A stretch of 64,000 bases of DNA, taken from NCBI GenBank assembly GCA_964390595.1, contig CAYMIA010000004.1, positions 4,023 through 68,022 of the forward strand, written 5' to 3'. Numbering within the stretch: the first letter of the stretch is position 1; each line of letters begins with the position of its first letter. The position numbers and the translations under genes were made by a program. The notes beneath the pieces are model-generated. The model made no database searches, had not been told where the DNA came from, and saw only the letters and a program-made list of their open reading frames with translations. Below, piece after piece: positions 50,785 to 61,550 of this stretch. Origin of the DNA: an uncultured Gammaproteobacteria bacterium (GTDB lineage: Bacteria; Patescibacteriota; Microgenomatia; Daviesbacterales; UBA10151).

Positions 50785-51623
50785 GAGCTTTGAATTTTTT
50801 CTTCTTAAAATTTAACGATAACTTATTAACTGATCAAGCTATTTTTAGATCTAGATCGCTAATTTTTTTTGAAAAATTACTCTTTGTAATCCGAAAATAT
50901 CTGACCATTATAACCAATCAGAATCAGATCATTTATTTCAATCATTCTTTTGGGTATGATAATCGATTCACGCCGGCCTTATTGGAATTATACCCTCAGG
51001 AGATTGAAAAGATCGATGAGGTAATCGGACTTAGAAATCAGGTTAACGTTTTGGATATTGGGGCGAACGTTGGACAATGGGGATATACACTGAAATCAAT
51101 TTATCCTAATTTAAATCTATATTCTTTTGAGCCAAATCAGAATATCTTCAAGTTATTAAAAGCCAATTCGAGTTACTTTGAGAATTGGCAGGTGTTTAAC
51201 TATGGAGTAGGTGATAAAAATTCCGCATCAGTACTTTTTTATCAACCAGACGCATCTGCAGAAGGAAGTATTTATGCAGAGGCTGCTTTAGCAGGTAGAT
51301 CACCCGATGGTTTACTAAAGATACCGATAAAATTAATTGGGTTAAATAAAAAAAACATCAGGGAGCTAGGACTTCCCCAAAAATTTGATGTAATAAAAAT
51401 TGATGTTGAAGGGGCAGAGGAGGAGGTATTAGAAATGATTAAATCTGTTCCTTGCCGCTATTTAATTATTGAAGTTTCAGTCAATCGGACTAAAGGGATG
51501 AGTGTTGAAGACGTTAAGCAATTTATTCAGAAAAAGTGGAAAAAACCAGCTAAGTTGTTATTTTGTCATCAGCTTCGTGATGATGCCCCGGCAGCTAATG
51601 CAATTTTCTCTTTTGATGATTAA
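50781..51623 (+). CDS. FkbM-family methyltransferase
   Basis: VLDIGANVGQWGYTL...LYSFEPNQNIFKLLKAN...NYGVGDKN is the Methyltransf_21 (FkbM) signature. Confidence 0.7.
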   Translation: MRALNFFFLKFNDNLLTDQAIFRSRSLIFFEKLLFVIRKYLTIITNQNQIIYFNHSFGYDNRFTPALLELYPQEIEKIDEVIGLRNQVNVLDIGANVGQWGYTLKSIYPNLNLYSFEPNQNIFKLLKANSSYFENWQVFNYGVGDKNSASVLFYQPDASAEGSIYAEAALAGRSPDGLLKIPIKLIGLNKKNIRELGLPQKFDVIKIDVEGAEEEVLEMIKSVPCRYLIIEVSVNRTKGMSVEDVKQFIQKKWKKPAKLLFCHQLRDDAPAANAIFSFDD

Positions 51624-51626
51624 AAA

Positions 51627-52769
51627 ATGAAAAAAATATGGCCCAAGTCAGTTATTCTAACGATTGTTTTAGTAGCTTTTGTGGTCGTACAGCAAGCAAT
51701 TGTATTCCAAAAAAATAGTGATGAAATTCTGAAGCCTTTCTACCCTTTAGTTTATAAAGAGTACAAGGACTTGTACGATCACTCACAGTATATTCAAGAA
51801 AAAAATCCAGTTATCATTCCAGATGAATTTGATTATGCATATGCAGGGTGGGAATATACCCATGGAAGTGATCCTCTGTTAATAAATGCTGAGCAACCTC
51901 CACTAGGAAAGTATATTATCGGTTTTTTGGAAATTGTTTTAAACAGTAGTCGGGTTTCAGGAATTCTATTTAATATCTTGTCGCTAGTTACCTTATTTTT
52001 TTTGAGCAAGTTACTTCTAAAAAATACCAATTGGTCACTTTTGGTGGTGATTTTTTTCCAACTGGAAAAAATCTTTATGGTTCAGGTCCAATATGCGCCA
52101 CTTTTAGATAATATCCAACTTTTGTTTATTTTAAGTAGTTTTGTTTTTTATTTGTTGGGACTTAGAAAAAAGATCTTTTTTATACCAGCCTTTATTTTTT
52201 TGGGACTCTCCATCGCAACTAAATTCTGGATAACTGGGGCGATCATTTTACTAGTCTGGATTTTGCATCAAATAATATTCCGGGGTAAAGTTTTTTTTCA
52301 ATTTTTAATTTTTGCACCAATTAGTTTGCTGGTTTTATTTTTGTCCTATTTAGCATTGCCATTTCACGGCTACCCGCTTTTAAAATTCTTGAGCGTTCAA
52401 AAATATATTTTTGCTTATTTTCACCAAACGATCCGCTTTAATTTTTTCTCTTTTCTAGATCTGGTTTTTTTAAATAGGTGGCATGCTGATGCTGAGCAGG
52501 TTATTAAACCTTCAGTTGACTTTCAAATTAGCTGGCCCGTAATTTTTACTATTTTATTAATCTTTGTAGTCTTCCACCTACGCAAAAAGGACTTTTCAAA
52601 AATGCTTAAGGAACCAATTGGGGTAATTGTAATCTGGGTTTTGGTTTACATTTTATTTTTGTCCTTTGGGTCGATACTAGCTAGGTATTTGTTACCAATT
52701 TTGCCATTTTTATATATACTGTCTTTGAAATTTATCAAAGATAGACTTGCTCAAATTTTTTCTACCTGA
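51627..52769 (+). CDS. PMT/ArnT-like (GT39-like) membrane glycosyltransferase, short form
   Basis: At 380 aa and multi-TM. Its first loop DEFDYAYAGWEY...AEQPPLGKYIIG matches the D-E ... (E/H)PPLGKY motif of polyprenyl-phosphate-mannose protein mannosyltransferases. Confidence 0.55.
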   Translation: MKKIWPKSVILTIVLVAFVVVQQAIVFQKNSDEILKPFYPLVYKEYKDLYDHSQYIQEKNPVIIPDEFDYAYAGWEYTHGSDPLLINAEQPPLGKYIIGFLEIVLNSSRVSGILFNILSLVTLFFLSKLLLKNTNWSLLVVIFFQLEKIFMVQVQYAPLLDNIQLLFILSSFVFYLLGLRKKIFFIPAFIFLGLSIATKFWITGAIILLVWILHQIIFRGKVFFQFLIFAPISLLVLFLSYLALPFHGYPLLKFLSVQKYIFAYFHQTIRFNFFSFLDLVFLNRWHADAEQVIKPSVDFQISWPVIFTILLIFVVFHLRKKDFSKMLKEPIGVIVIWVLVYILFLSFGSILARYLLPILPFLYILSLKFIKDRLAQIFST

Positions 52770-52786
52770 TACTCTTTTAACTACTT

Positions 52787-53905
52787 ATGAAAAAGATTTG
52801 GATTGATGGTTACGAAGCTAATGTGCCAGCGAGGCTGGGTTCAGGTCAGGTGGCCTTTGAGCTTTTAAAAAATATTGCCAAATTTGATCATCAAAATGAG
52901 TACACTATTCTACTGCCTTCTGAGCCGCTTGATGACATGCCAAAACAAAGGCCTGGTTTTTTATATAGAGTTTTACGTCCCAGCCAGTTATGGACTCGAA
53001 TCGCTTTGCCAGTTTCACTTTTTACAGCTAAACAAAAACCAGATGTGATTTTTTCTCCGACTCATTATATTCCGTTTCTCTCGCCTGTTAAAAGGGTAGT
53101 AACTATTTTTGATCTGTCTTATCTTTTTTTCCCAGAACTGTTTAAGAAAAAAGATTTATGGCAACTAACCAATTGGACTGCTACTTCAATTAAAAAAGCC
53201 GATCATATAATTACTATATCTCAAAAAACTAAAAAAGATATTATGACGCGCTACAATGTGAATGCTAGTCGTATTACCGTGGCTTACCCCGGTAAAGACG
53301 AGGAACACTATTTTCCAATTAAGGAAAAAGGGGAAGTTTTGAGGCTGGCTGAAAAATTTGGGATAACTAAGCCCTATCTGATTTTTGTGGGAACGATTCA
53401 ACCCAGAAAAAACTTAGCTAAATTAATTGAGGCGTTTGCCAAAATTGATAATTTACAATTGGTGATTGTGGGAAAGACCACAGGTGATGGGAGGCAGGGT
53501 TGGATGTTTGAGGAGGTGTTGGAGTTGCCTAAAACATTAGGAATTGAGGATCGGGTCATCTTCACTGGTTTTTTAAAAGCCACGGAGGTAAATTTATTGA
53601 TGAATGGGGCAATTTGTTTTTGTCTGCCTTCTTTGTACGAGGGTTTTGGTATTCCAGTAGTTGATGCTATGGCGACCGGTTTGCCTGTAATTGTTTCCAA
53701 CGTTTCTTCTCTGCCTGAAGTGGTTGGCAGATCGGGCTTGTTAGTTGATCCCAAGTCGGTTGATCAGATAGAGCAAGCAATTCGAATTATCAGTAGTGAT
53801 AAGAAGTTGAGGGTTAAGTTAGCTAAAAGAAGTTTAGAGCGGGCTAAGAAATTTTCTTGGGAGAAGATGGCCAGAGAAGTGATTGAGGTTTTGGAGAATA
53901 TATGA
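52787..53905 (+). CDS. family 4 glycosyltransferase
   Basis: [33 protein letters not shown]. Confidence 0.75.
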   Translation: MKKIWIDGYEANVPARLGSGQVAFELLKNIAKFDHQNEYTILLPSEPLDDMPKQRPGFLYRVLRPSQLWTRIALPVSLFTAKQKPDVIFSPTHYIPFLSPVKRVVTIFDLSYLFFPELFKKKDLWQLTNWTATSIKKADHIITISQKTKKDIMTRYNVNASRITVAYPGKDEEHYFPIKEKGEVLRLAEKFGITKPYLIFVGTIQPRKNLAKLIEAFAKIDNLQLVIVGKTTGDGRQGWMFEEVLELPKTLGIEDRVIFTGFLKATEVNLLMNGAICFCLPSLYEGFGIPVVDAMATGLPVIVSNVSSLPEVVGRSGLLVDPKSVDQIEQAIRIISSDKKLRVKLAKRSLERAKKFSWEKMAREVIEVLENI

Positions 53906-54780
53906 AATTAAGTGTGAGCATTGTCATTCCAAATTGGAATGGTGAGGAAAAATTAAGAAAAAACTTACCCAAAGTGCTAAAAACAAGAGGAGTTCAAGAA
54001 GTGATTGTGGTTGATGATGCTTCACCGGATAAAAGTGTCGAGGTTTTAAAGAATGAATTTTCTGAGGTAGTATTAATTGAAAAAAAGGTTAATACTAGGT
54101 TTGCGGATACTGTTAATTTAGGAGTTAAACGGGCTCGTGGAGAGTTAGTTTTTGTTCTAAATAATGATGCATCGACTAAAGAAGATACTGTTGAGAAAGC
54201 GATTCACCATTTTGAAAATCCGGAAGTTTTTAGCGTCAGTTGTAGCACTGGAGGGAACTGGAGTTGGGCTAAATTTAAAGGGGGCTTTTTTTGGCATTAT
54301 ATGAGTGATCAAAAAAGCGAGGAGGCCCATCAAACTCTTTGGGCATCAGGAGGGAGTGGCATTTTCAGAAGAGATTTATGGGAGAGATTAGGTGGATTTG
54401 ATACGTTATTCGCGCCTTTTTATGAGGAAGATACTGACTTAGGATATCGGGCAACTAAGCGGGGATTTATTAATATCTTCGAGCCAAAGTCAAAAGTTGA
54501 TCACTATAAAGAGGTTGGGGTAAATCAACAATATTTTTCAAAGCAGTTTGTTTCTAAAGTGGCAGAGCGCAATCAATTGTTATTTATTTGGAAAAATATT
54601 CATGATTTAGAGATGATTAGATCTCACATACTCGCTTTAGTAAAAATGTTACTGCTTCATCCAAAATACTGGGTGACTTTTATTTCAGCTTTAACTAAGC
54701 TTCCTAAAGTATTAAAAAAGCGGCAAATTGAAAGAAATTTTATAAAGGTTAGTGATAAGGAGATTCTGACCCATTTCTAG
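53902..54780 (+). CDS. family 2 glycosyltransferase
   Basis: LSVSIVIPNWNGEEKL...VIVVDDASPDKS, a NNDAS motif and FYEEDTDLGYRA. Confidence 0.75.
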   Translation: MKLSVSIVIPNWNGEEKLRKNLPKVLKTRGVQEVIVVDDASPDKSVEVLKNEFSEVVLIEKKVNTRFADTVNLGVKRARGELVFVLNNDASTKEDTVEKAIHHFENPEVFSVSCSTGGNWSWAKFKGGFFWHYMSDQKSEEAHQTLWASGGSGIFRRDLWERLGGFDTLFAPFYEEDTDLGYRATKRGFINIFEPKSKVDHYKEVGVNQQYFSKQFVSKVAERNQLLFIWKNIHDLEMIRSHILALVKMLLLHPKYWVTFISALTKLPKVLKKRQIERNFIKVSDKEILTHF

Positions 54781-54794
54781 TATATAATGAATGT

Positions 54795-55436
54795 ATGTTT
54801 TATCTAGAACACATCTCTTTTTCGGCGAGTAAAGGGTTGGTTTTGAAGGACAAGATGGGTCAATCACTAACATTATCTTCAGGCATTGGCAAAATTTTGA
54901 ACAGAGTTTATAATTATATTTTGGATTTGGAGCTTTTGGTTTTAAGAATTGTTAGCTTTTTTCCGTCTTTTTTAGTTCGGAGGTTTTTCTTTGGTTTAGG
55001 AGGAGTAGGGATTGGCAGAAGGGCCTTTATCCATATGGGCGTGGATTTTTTTAATCCCAGAGGAGTCAGAATTGGTGAGGGAAGTATTATTGGCCGGAAT
55101 GCTTTTTTAGATGGGCGGGCCAGGTTGACTATTGGCAAGCATGTCGATATTGCCTCGGATGTAATGATATATAACAGCGAGCATGATATTAACTCAGCTG
55201 ATTTTGTAGCAAATGTGGCTGAAGTTGAAATTGGCGACTTTGCTTTTATCGGACCTAGAGCAATTATCTTACCCGGAGTAAAAGTGGGTAAAGGGGCTGT
55301 TGTTGCAGCTGGGGCGGTGGTGACTCATGATGTGAATGATTTTCAGATAGTTGCTGGAGTGCCGGCTAAAGTGATTGGTGAAAGGGCAAAACAGGATCTC
55401 CATTATAAATTAGGTCGGGCTAGACTTTTTCAATGA
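54795..55436 (+). CDS. hexapeptide-repeat (LbH) acetyltransferase
   Basis: FAFIGPRAIILPGVKVGKGAVVAAGAVVTHDVNDFQIVAGVPAKVIG. It is a paralog of the 38378 gene. The start is uncertain; there is an internal MGQSL. Confidence 0.65.
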   Translation: MFYLEHISFSASKGLVLKDKMGQSLTLSSGIGKILNRVYNYILDLELLVLRIVSFFPSFLVRRFFFGLGGVGIGRRAFIHMGVDFFNPRGVRIGEGSIIGRNAFLDGRARLTIGKHVDIASDVMIYNSEHDINSADFVANVAEVEIGDFAFIGPRAIILPGVKVGKGAVVAAGAVVTHDVNDFQIVAGVPAKVIGERAKQDLHYKLGRARLFQ

Positions 55437-56026
55437 AGCGCATTATTGTTTGTGGAATTTTATTTGCCATAGGGCTGATCTATATTTTGCTTCCCGCTCC
55501 GAGTTCGATCCAGGAGATCCCTGGAGTTCCCGGATCGCTTAAATCAGATGAACCAGGTGATACTTGGCAGAATCCGAATATTGCTGGTTACTATACAAAC
55601 GCGAGGCGGGCTGAGGTAACCTCGTTTTACAGAGATTCTTTTTGGCAGTTGCATTGCTGTTTGGATTTTAATAATTTTTTGAACCGCATCTTTTTTTTAA
55701 TTCCACCAATTCGAATCAACCGTCCGCCTGAGGAGGCCTATACTTATATCCGGGATCAGCAAAGAAGTACCTACCTTGAGGAGTATTTATATCCTTTGCG
55801 TGAATCTTTGTTTGTTAATGGATATGAACCGTTTGATGAAAATGGTGTTGCCTTTAATAACAAGTCCTTTACAATGTTAATCGATGGAAAAGTTTATGAT
55901 AGTAAGGTGACAATTCGTTACTATCCATCAGCTTGGGGTTCTAGACTGCTAGTTTATTTAGGGATTTGGGCCGGTTTAATTGGTCTATTTATAGTACTGA
56001 GAAGGATTTTTAAGAAAAAATTATGA
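55433..56026 (+). CDS. hypothetical bitopic membrane protein (TM at both termini)
   Basis: At 197 aa. Its N-terminal TM is IVCGILFAIGLIYILL and its C-terminal TM is LVYLGIWAGLIGLFIVL. The middle domain has no recognisable motif. Its start overlaps the upstream stop. Confidence 0.4.
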   Translation: MKRIIVCGILFAIGLIYILLPAPSSIQEIPGVPGSLKSDEPGDTWQNPNIAGYYTNARRAEVTSFYRDSFWQLHCCLDFNNFLNRIFFLIPPIRINRPPEEAYTYIRDQQRSTYLEEYLYPLRESLFVNGYEPFDENGVAFNNKSFTMLIDGKVYDSKVTIRYYPSAWGSRLLVYLGIWAGLIGLFIVLRRIFKKKL

Positions 56027-56067
56027 GGCAAAGCCTCTTTCCTTCGAAAATGAGGCAAAGTTTTTTT
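56023..56067 (+). terminator. same hairpin motif ATGAGGCAAAGCCTCTT (copy 2) followed by partial third copy ATGAGGCAAAG + T7 run
   Basis: The motif at 56023-56039 overlaps the TGA of the 55433-56026 ORF. A second ATGAGGCAAAG at 56050-56060 is followed by TTTTTTT at 56061-56067, ahead of the GT2 start at 56082. Confidence 0.3.
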
Positions 56068-56081
56068 AAAAAGGTTAAAAA

Positions 56082-56960
56082 ATGAAAATAGCTGTTAGTA
56101 TTGTCAGTTTTAATACCAGAGATTTACTAAGAAATTGCTTGAGACAGGTGTTCCGGCAAGTGGGGGATTTTAGTTTAGATGTTTGGGTGATCGATAATGC
56201 TTCCTTAGATTTTTCAGCAGAAATGGTCGAGAAAGAGTTCTCTAAAGTTCATCTGATTACAAGTGATAAAAATAGTGGTTTTGCTCGTGGTCATAATCAA
56301 ATTTTAAAACAGATTAAGGCCGATTATGTATTAATACTCAATCCTGATACTAAAATTCCGGAAGACGCAATTACTAAAATGGTTGATTTTATGCAAAAAG
56401 AGAACTGTCAGATCGCTAGTTGCAAAATAATTGGTTTCGATAAAAAGCTCCACTCAAATGGGGGTGATCTACCATTTGGAATGGCTCTTTTTTCCTGGTT
56501 ATTTAATTTGGAAGGCTTGGGGGTAAAACCAAACTTTCACAGACAAGAGGGCGACTATTACCAAAAAGCTCGGGAAGTTGGATGGGTGGGGGGAACTTTT
56601 TTAATGGTTAAACAGGAAGTCTTTTCCAGGACCGGTTTTTTAAATGAGGATTATTTTATGTACTTTGAAGATGTGGATTTTTGTTTTAAGGCCAAGAAGG
56701 CTGGCCTGAAAGTGATGATAAATCCAGGAGTGGTAGTTGAACATGCCAGTGGGGCGAGTTCCTCAGATCCCAGACTTTTTCAATGGAAAAGTGAACTTTG
56801 GGGATTGATCCATTTTTACAAAAAAAACACTTCTGCTTTGGAGGCATTTTTGGTTAAAATTTTAGTATATAAGTCGATCATTTTAAGGATGATTGCTTTT
56901 GGTCTATTGGGGCGGCTCACGGTCGCTAAAACTTATGGAAAAGTTCTGGTCTCGATCTAA
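56082..56960 (+). CDS. family 2 glycosyltransferase (rhamnosyltransferase-like subgroup)
   Basis: MKIAVSIVSFNTRDLL, IDNASLD, GFARGHN and YFMYFEDVDFCFKAKKAG. It is a paralog of the 1153 and 59556 genes and of the GT2 half of the 6853 gene. Confidence 0.8.
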   Translation: MKIAVSIVSFNTRDLLRNCLRQVFRQVGDFSLDVWVIDNASLDFSAEMVEKEFSKVHLITSDKNSGFARGHNQILKQIKADYVLILNPDTKIPEDAITKMVDFMQKENCQIASCKIIGFDKKLHSNGGDLPFGMALFSWLFNLEGLGVKPNFHRQEGDYYQKAREVGWVGGTFLMVKQEVFSRTGFLNEDYFMYFEDVDFCFKAKKAGLKVMINPGVVVEHASGASSSDPRLFQWKSELWGLIHFYKKNTSALEAFLVKILVYKSIILRMIAFGLLGRLTVAKTYGKVLVSI

Positions 56961-58371
56961 TATCATTTTTTTTAGTTTGGTAGGGGTACTAATTTTTGTA
57001 ATTTTATACCCTAAGTTTCCGCTGATTAATATCTACGGAACATATGTAGCAGTCCGGGTTGAAGACTTGTTAATCGCCATACTTTTGTTGGCATGGTTTA
57101 TATTAAACTTGAAAAGTTTACCTAGGCTTTTAAAGCAGCCGGTCACTCAAGTGATCTTACTTTTTTGGTTTATAGGATTTTTATCGGTTGTATCGGGAAT
57201 TCTAGTGACTTTTTCAGTTACACCATCGTTAGGTTTCTTGCATTGGTTGCGCCGAATTGAGGTAATGTCTTTGTTTTTTGTAGCGGCCACTTCTTTAAAA
57301 AGTAAACAGCAACTGAAAATAGTTTTAATTAGTTTTGCCTTGGTCAGCGCGATTGTAGTTTTGTATGGGTTGGGACAAGTTTTTCTGCAATTTCCGGTGG
57401 TATCAACTAATAATAAGGAATTTTCTAAGGGGTTGATTTTAAAGTTGACTTCAGGTGCAAGGCCCAATTCGACCTTTGCTGGGCATTATGATCTGGCGGT
57501 TTTTTTGTCAATTGTGTTAATTTTTATGACCAGCTTGTTTTTTTTCATTAGAAAAATTTGGGTCAAAGCTTCGATGTTTATAGTTGGACTTTTGAGTCTC
57601 TTTTTATTAGGTCTAACAGCGGCTAGAATCTCATTTGCGGCAACGGTTTTTGGGATTGGGGGAATTTTTTGGTTGTCTGGTAAAAAGATGTTTATTATTG
57701 CGCTTTTGGCAGTGACAATTTTAACGGTTTTGACAATACCTCAATTGAGGAATAGGCTTCTAGCAACGATTACGATTAACGTTTTGCACAATACTGGTCC
57801 GACTTATCAACCAAAAGCGAGTGCCCCTTTGGTTGACCGGCGACAAATTACCTCAGAAGCGGAGTTATTAGATGTAATAAAAAAAGAGGCGACGTTGTCA
57901 GCAAGTAAAAGTGGAGTACCCGTGGATATAGTTCCGGGGGAGCCAACTAATTACAATGAGTTGGATGTGGCCAGATCTTTGAACATCCGAACTGAGGTGG
58001 AGTGGCCAAGGGCAATTGCCGCGTTTGAGAAAAATCCAGCTTTGGGGACTGGTTATTCGTCTTTAACGATTGCCACAGATAATGATATTTTAAGATCGTT
58101 TGGGGAAACAGGAGTTTTGGGGACGGTCTTTTTAGGGGCAGTTTTCCTAGTTATTTTAAGAGAGTTTTTGGGTTACTTGAAAAAGTTAAAAACTTTAAAG
58201 ATTGAGTCATCTAAATTAGAGAATGTTTATATAATTTCAGCGGTATCTGTCGTTGGGGCAGTTTTTATTACCGGGCTATTTATTGATGTTTTAGAGGCTT
58301 CGAAGATTGCGATTCTTTTTTGGATCATGCTTGGGTTTGGTTGGGCGATTGTTCGAGATTACCGGGATTAA
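56935..58371 (+). CDS. O-antigen ligase / Wzy-like polymerase family membrane protein
   Basis: The start is taken at ATG 56935 (MEKFWSRSNIIFF). About 10-12 TM helices precede a large late loop and the C-terminal NPALGTGYSSLTI...DNDILRSFGETGVLGTVFL. This is typical of Wzy_C / O-antigen ligase proteins. Confidence 0.55.
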   Translation: MEKFWSRSNIIFFSLVGVLIFVILYPKFPLINIYGTYVAVRVEDLLIAILLLAWFILNLKSLPRLLKQPVTQVILLFWFIGFLSVVSGILVTFSVTPSLGFLHWLRRIEVMSLFFVAATSLKSKQQLKIVLISFALVSAIVVLYGLGQVFLQFPVVSTNNKEFSKGLILKLTSGARPNSTFAGHYDLAVFLSIVLIFMTSLFFFIRKIWVKASMFIVGLLSLFLLGLTAARISFAATVFGIGGIFWLSGKKMFIIALLAVTILTVLTIPQLRNRLLATITINVLHNTGPTYQPKASAPLVDRRQITSEAELLDVIKKEATLSASKSGVPVDIVPGEPTNYNELDVARSLNIRTEVEWPRAIAAFEKNPALGTGYSSLTIATDNDILRSFGETGVLGTVFLGAVFLVILREFLGYLKKLKTLKIESSKLENVYIISAVSVVGAVFITGLFIDVLEASKIAILFWIMLGFGWAIVRDYRD

Positions 58372-58372
58372 T

Positions 58373-59563
58373 ATGAGAATTTTAATGTTAACTCCATATC
58401 TGCCTTATCCGCCTTCCTCGGGAGGGCAGATCCGCAGTTACAACCTGATCAAGCAACTGTCAGTTGATCACCAGATAACTCTTTGCTCACTGATAAAATC
58501 TGATGGTGACAAAAAGTATATTGATAAATTAAAACCTTTTTGCAAGGAGGTCTTTGTTTTTAAAAGAGCTGAAAAACCATGGACTTTAAAAAATATTTTA
58601 AAGACTGGCTTTTCTAGTTTCCCTTTTTTGGTGATTAGAAACTATTCTGATGAAGAAAAAAAAGCACTGCCGGAGATAATCGGCAGAGGTGATTTTGATA
58701 TTATTCATGCTGAAACTTTTTATGTGAGTCCCCATATTCCCAAGGTTGGTATTCCCGTTGTATTGGTTGACCAGACGATTGAATATGATGTTTACCGTCA
58801 TGTAGCCAAAAACTTTAAGTTTCCAGCTCTTAAGCCAATGCTTTGGGTGGATGTTTTAAAGATTAAGTATTGGGAGAGTTTTTATTGGAAGAAAGCTGCC
58901 CGGGTGGTGGCAGTTTCAGAACAAGATGCCAAGGTGATGAAAAAAATGGTACCGGGGTTAAAGGTAGCAGTTGTTCCGAATGGAGTTGGAGAAGATTTAT
59001 CTGCTGACTTGCCAAGTCATTTTAATAAGACCGCCTTGTTTATGGGCAACTATGCTTGGCTGCAAAATATTGAAGCGGCCAGAATTTTAGCTAAAGAAAT
59101 TTTCCCTCTAATTTTAAAAGAGGTACCAGATGCCAAATTGGTAATTGCTGGCCAAGATACTAACAAGATCGCTGGTTTGCAATCAGATCAAATTAACTTG
59201 TTGAATTTGTCAGCAGATGATGTAGAGGGTGTCAAGAGAGCTTACAGGGAGAGTGGGGTTTTAATTGCTCCTCTCTATGGGCCGGGGGGGACTAGACTAA
59301 AGATATTGGGGGCGATGGCTTCCCGGTTACCGGTAGTGACTACTACGGTTGGGATATCGGGGATAGATGCCATTAATGGTGAGTCAGTATTAGTAGCTGA
59401 TAAAAAAGAGGATATCGCCAAATTGGCAGTCAAACTGTTTAATGACCGGAAGCTTTATGAAAAAATTGAGAAAAATGCGAGGATGCTAGTTGATTCTAAA
59501 TATTCGTATGAGGCGATCGCCAAAAAGTTAAGTAGTGTTTATGCGGAGGTTACCCGTGGCTAA
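58373..59563 (+). CDS. family 4 glycosyltransferase
   Basis: The start is taken at ATG 58373 (MRILMLTPYLPYPPSSGGQIRSYNL), a GT4 N-terminal signature. The C-terminal GGTRLKILGAMASRLPVVTTTVGISG is an EX7E-variant region. Confidence 0.7.
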   Translation: MRILMLTPYLPYPPSSGGQIRSYNLIKQLSVDHQITLCSLIKSDGDKKYIDKLKPFCKEVFVFKRAEKPWTLKNILKTGFSSFPFLVIRNYSDEEKKALPEIIGRGDFDIIHAETFYVSPHIPKVGIPVVLVDQTIEYDVYRHVAKNFKFPALKPMLWVDVLKIKYWESFYWKKAARVVAVSEQDAKVMKKMVPGLKVAVVPNGVGEDLSADLPSHFNKTALFMGNYAWLQNIEAARILAKEIFPLILKEVPDAKLVIAGQDTNKIAGLQSDQINLLNLSADDVEGVKRAYRESGVLIAPLYGPGGTRLKILGAMASRLPVVTTTVGISGIDAINGESVLVADKKEDIAKLAVKLFNDRKLYEKIEKNARMLVDSKYSYEAIAKKLSSVYAEVTRG

Positions 59564-60425
59564 GCTGTCAATAATAGTTGTCAATTATAATGCGGGGGAT
59601 TATTTATTAGCTTGTTTGCGGTCAATTCAGCGGGTTTCAAAAGAGGTAGATCTAGTTACTTATGTTGTGGATAATGCATCAACGGATGATAGTATTGAAA
59701 AGATTAAAAAAAAGAATTTTAAAATACATTTGAAATTAAATGAGGAAAATTTGGGCTTTGGGAGAGCGAATAATCAAATTCTAAAGGAGATTACCTCGGG
59801 GTTTGTATTGTTACTGAATCCTGATACTGAGCTTGAGGAAGGAGTTTTACTAAAAATGATTCAGTTTATGGAAGAGAACGAGGATGTGGGAGCGGCCACT
59901 TGTAAAATTTTGTTAGCCAATGGCAAAGTTGATTTAACTGCTCATAGGGGATTTCCAACTCCCTGGGCGTCATTGCTTTATTTTTTAGGTGATGATAGTT
60001 TGTATCATTTATCCAAAAAAGATATGAGTCAACCTCACGAAGTTGATGCGATTTCTGGAGCTTTTTTTCTAGCTAGAACTGAAGTTTTAAAAAAAGTTAA
60101 ATACTTTGATGAAGATTACTTTATGTATGCTGAAGATATTGATCTTTGCTACAAAATTAAGCAAGCTGGTTTTAAAGTCATGTATATACCCTCAGTTAAG
60201 ATCTTGCATCATAAAGGAGTATCAAGTGGTTTAAAAAAGCAGACTCAAGAGGTTAGCTCGGCCAATTTTGAAACGAGAAGGCGTTCCTTAAATGCCTTTT
60301 ATTCAACCATGAAAATCTTTTACAAAAAGCACTACGCGGAAAAATATCCCTTCTTTGTTAATTGGCTGATTTATTTAGCGATTAACATCAAATGGTGGTT
60401 GGCTAAAAGAAAGTTAACAGTCTAG
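59556..60425 (+). CDS. family 2 glycosyltransferase (rhamnosyltransferase-like subgroup)
   Basis: A GTG start at 59556 (or the ATG at 59541) overlaps the upstream stop. KLSIIVVNYNAGDYL, VDNASTDDS, LGFGRANN and YFMYAEDIDLCYKIKQAG. Confidence 0.75.
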   Translation: MAKLSIIVVNYNAGDYLLACLRSIQRVSKEVDLVTYVVDNASTDDSIEKIKKKNFKIHLKLNEENLGFGRANNQILKEITSGFVLLLNPDTELEEGVLLKMIQFMEENEDVGAATCKILLANGKVDLTAHRGFPTPWASLLYFLGDDSLYHLSKKDMSQPHEVDAISGAFFLARTEVLKKVKYFDEDYFMYAEDIDLCYKIKQAGFKVMYIPSVKILHHKGVSSGLKKQTQEVSSANFETRRRSLNAFYSTMKIFYKKHYAEKYPFFVNWLIYLAINIKWWLAKRKLTV

Positions 60426-60426
60426 T

Positions 60427-61545
60427 ATGAGGATAGGGATTGATGCTAGATTTTGGGATGAGGCGGGGGTGGGGAGGTATATTAGGAATCTGATAGCAGA
60501 ACTCAGCAAAATTGATAGTCAAAATGAGTATGTGATCTTTTTTTTAAAAAAAAATCTTGGTCAGAATTTGCCAAAAAATTTTCAGGAAGTTGAGACCAAT
60601 TTTAAATGGTATGGACTTGCTGAACAGCTTAAGTTTCCCAGAGTACTTAGGTCACATAAACTAGATTTAGTTCATTTTCCCCATTTTAATACACCTGTTT
60701 TTTATAAAGGCAGATTTGTAGTAACGATTCATGATCTAATCCATCAAAGGTTTGCTATGAAGAGGTCGACTACTCATGGAGGTTTGATATACGCCATAAA
60801 ACAGCTGGGCTACAGATTTGGATTTGCTAGTTCTCTGAAAAAATCCAAAAAAATTATTACGATCTCAGACTATGTCAAAAATGACTTAGTGAGATATTGG
60901 CAGGTTCCAGATGATAAAATCATCATTACTAAAGAGGCGGCTGAGGAGGGAATAATTCAGCTGGCTAAAAAAATGGATCAATCGCAAATCAAAAAAGTGC
61001 TAAATAAGTTTAATGTTCAGCCGCCATTTATTTACTACATTGGTAATGCTCATCCACACAAAAACGTTGAAGGTTTAATTAAAGCTTTTTTAATTTTGAG
61101 AAAAAGATACCAATATTTGCAGCTAGTTTTATCAGGGCATGATCATTATTTTTGGCAGCGGGTTAAGGATGAGTTCAGGGAAAAAAATATTATCTATACA
61201 GGCTATGTTTCTGATGAGGAAGCAGTGGCTTTTAGAAAATCGGCCCAAGTTTATGTTCAACCTTCTTTTGAAGAGGGATTTGGGATTCCGCTGCTTGAGG
61301 CATTTGCTTGTCAGGTTCCCGTCGTTTCCTCAAACGCTGGATCGCTTCCAGAAGTGGGGGCAGATGCGGCGCTTTACTTTGATCCCAAAGATACAAATGA
61401 CATGGTAGAAAAATTAGCAATGGTTTTAAACAGTCATAAATTGGCCAGAGAGTTAGTGGAAAAAGGGTTAAAGAGATACAGGCAATTTAGTTGGAAAAAA
61501 TTGGCTGAGGAGACTTTAAAAGTTTATCAGGAAAGTGTAGATTAG
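60427..61545 (+). CDS. family 4 glycosyltransferase
   Basis: QPSFEEGFGIPLLEAFACQVPVVSSNAGSLPEV. Confidence 0.75.
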   Translation: MRIGIDARFWDEAGVGRYIRNLIAELSKIDSQNEYVIFFLKKNLGQNLPKNFQEVETNFKWYGLAEQLKFPRVLRSHKLDLVHFPHFNTPVFYKGRFVVTIHDLIHQRFAMKRSTTHGGLIYAIKQLGYRFGFASSLKKSKKIITISDYVKNDLVRYWQVPDDKIIITKEAAEEGIIQLAKKMDQSQIKKVLNKFNVQPPFIYYIGNAHPHKNVEGLIKAFLILRKRYQYLQLVLSGHDHYFWQRVKDEFREKNIIYTGYVSDEEAVAFRKSAQVYVQPSFEEGFGIPLLEAFACQVPVVSSNAGSLPEVGADAALYFDPKDTNDMVEKLAMVLNSHKLARELVEKGLKRYRQFSWKKLAEETLKVYQESVD

Positions 61546-61550
61546 AGACC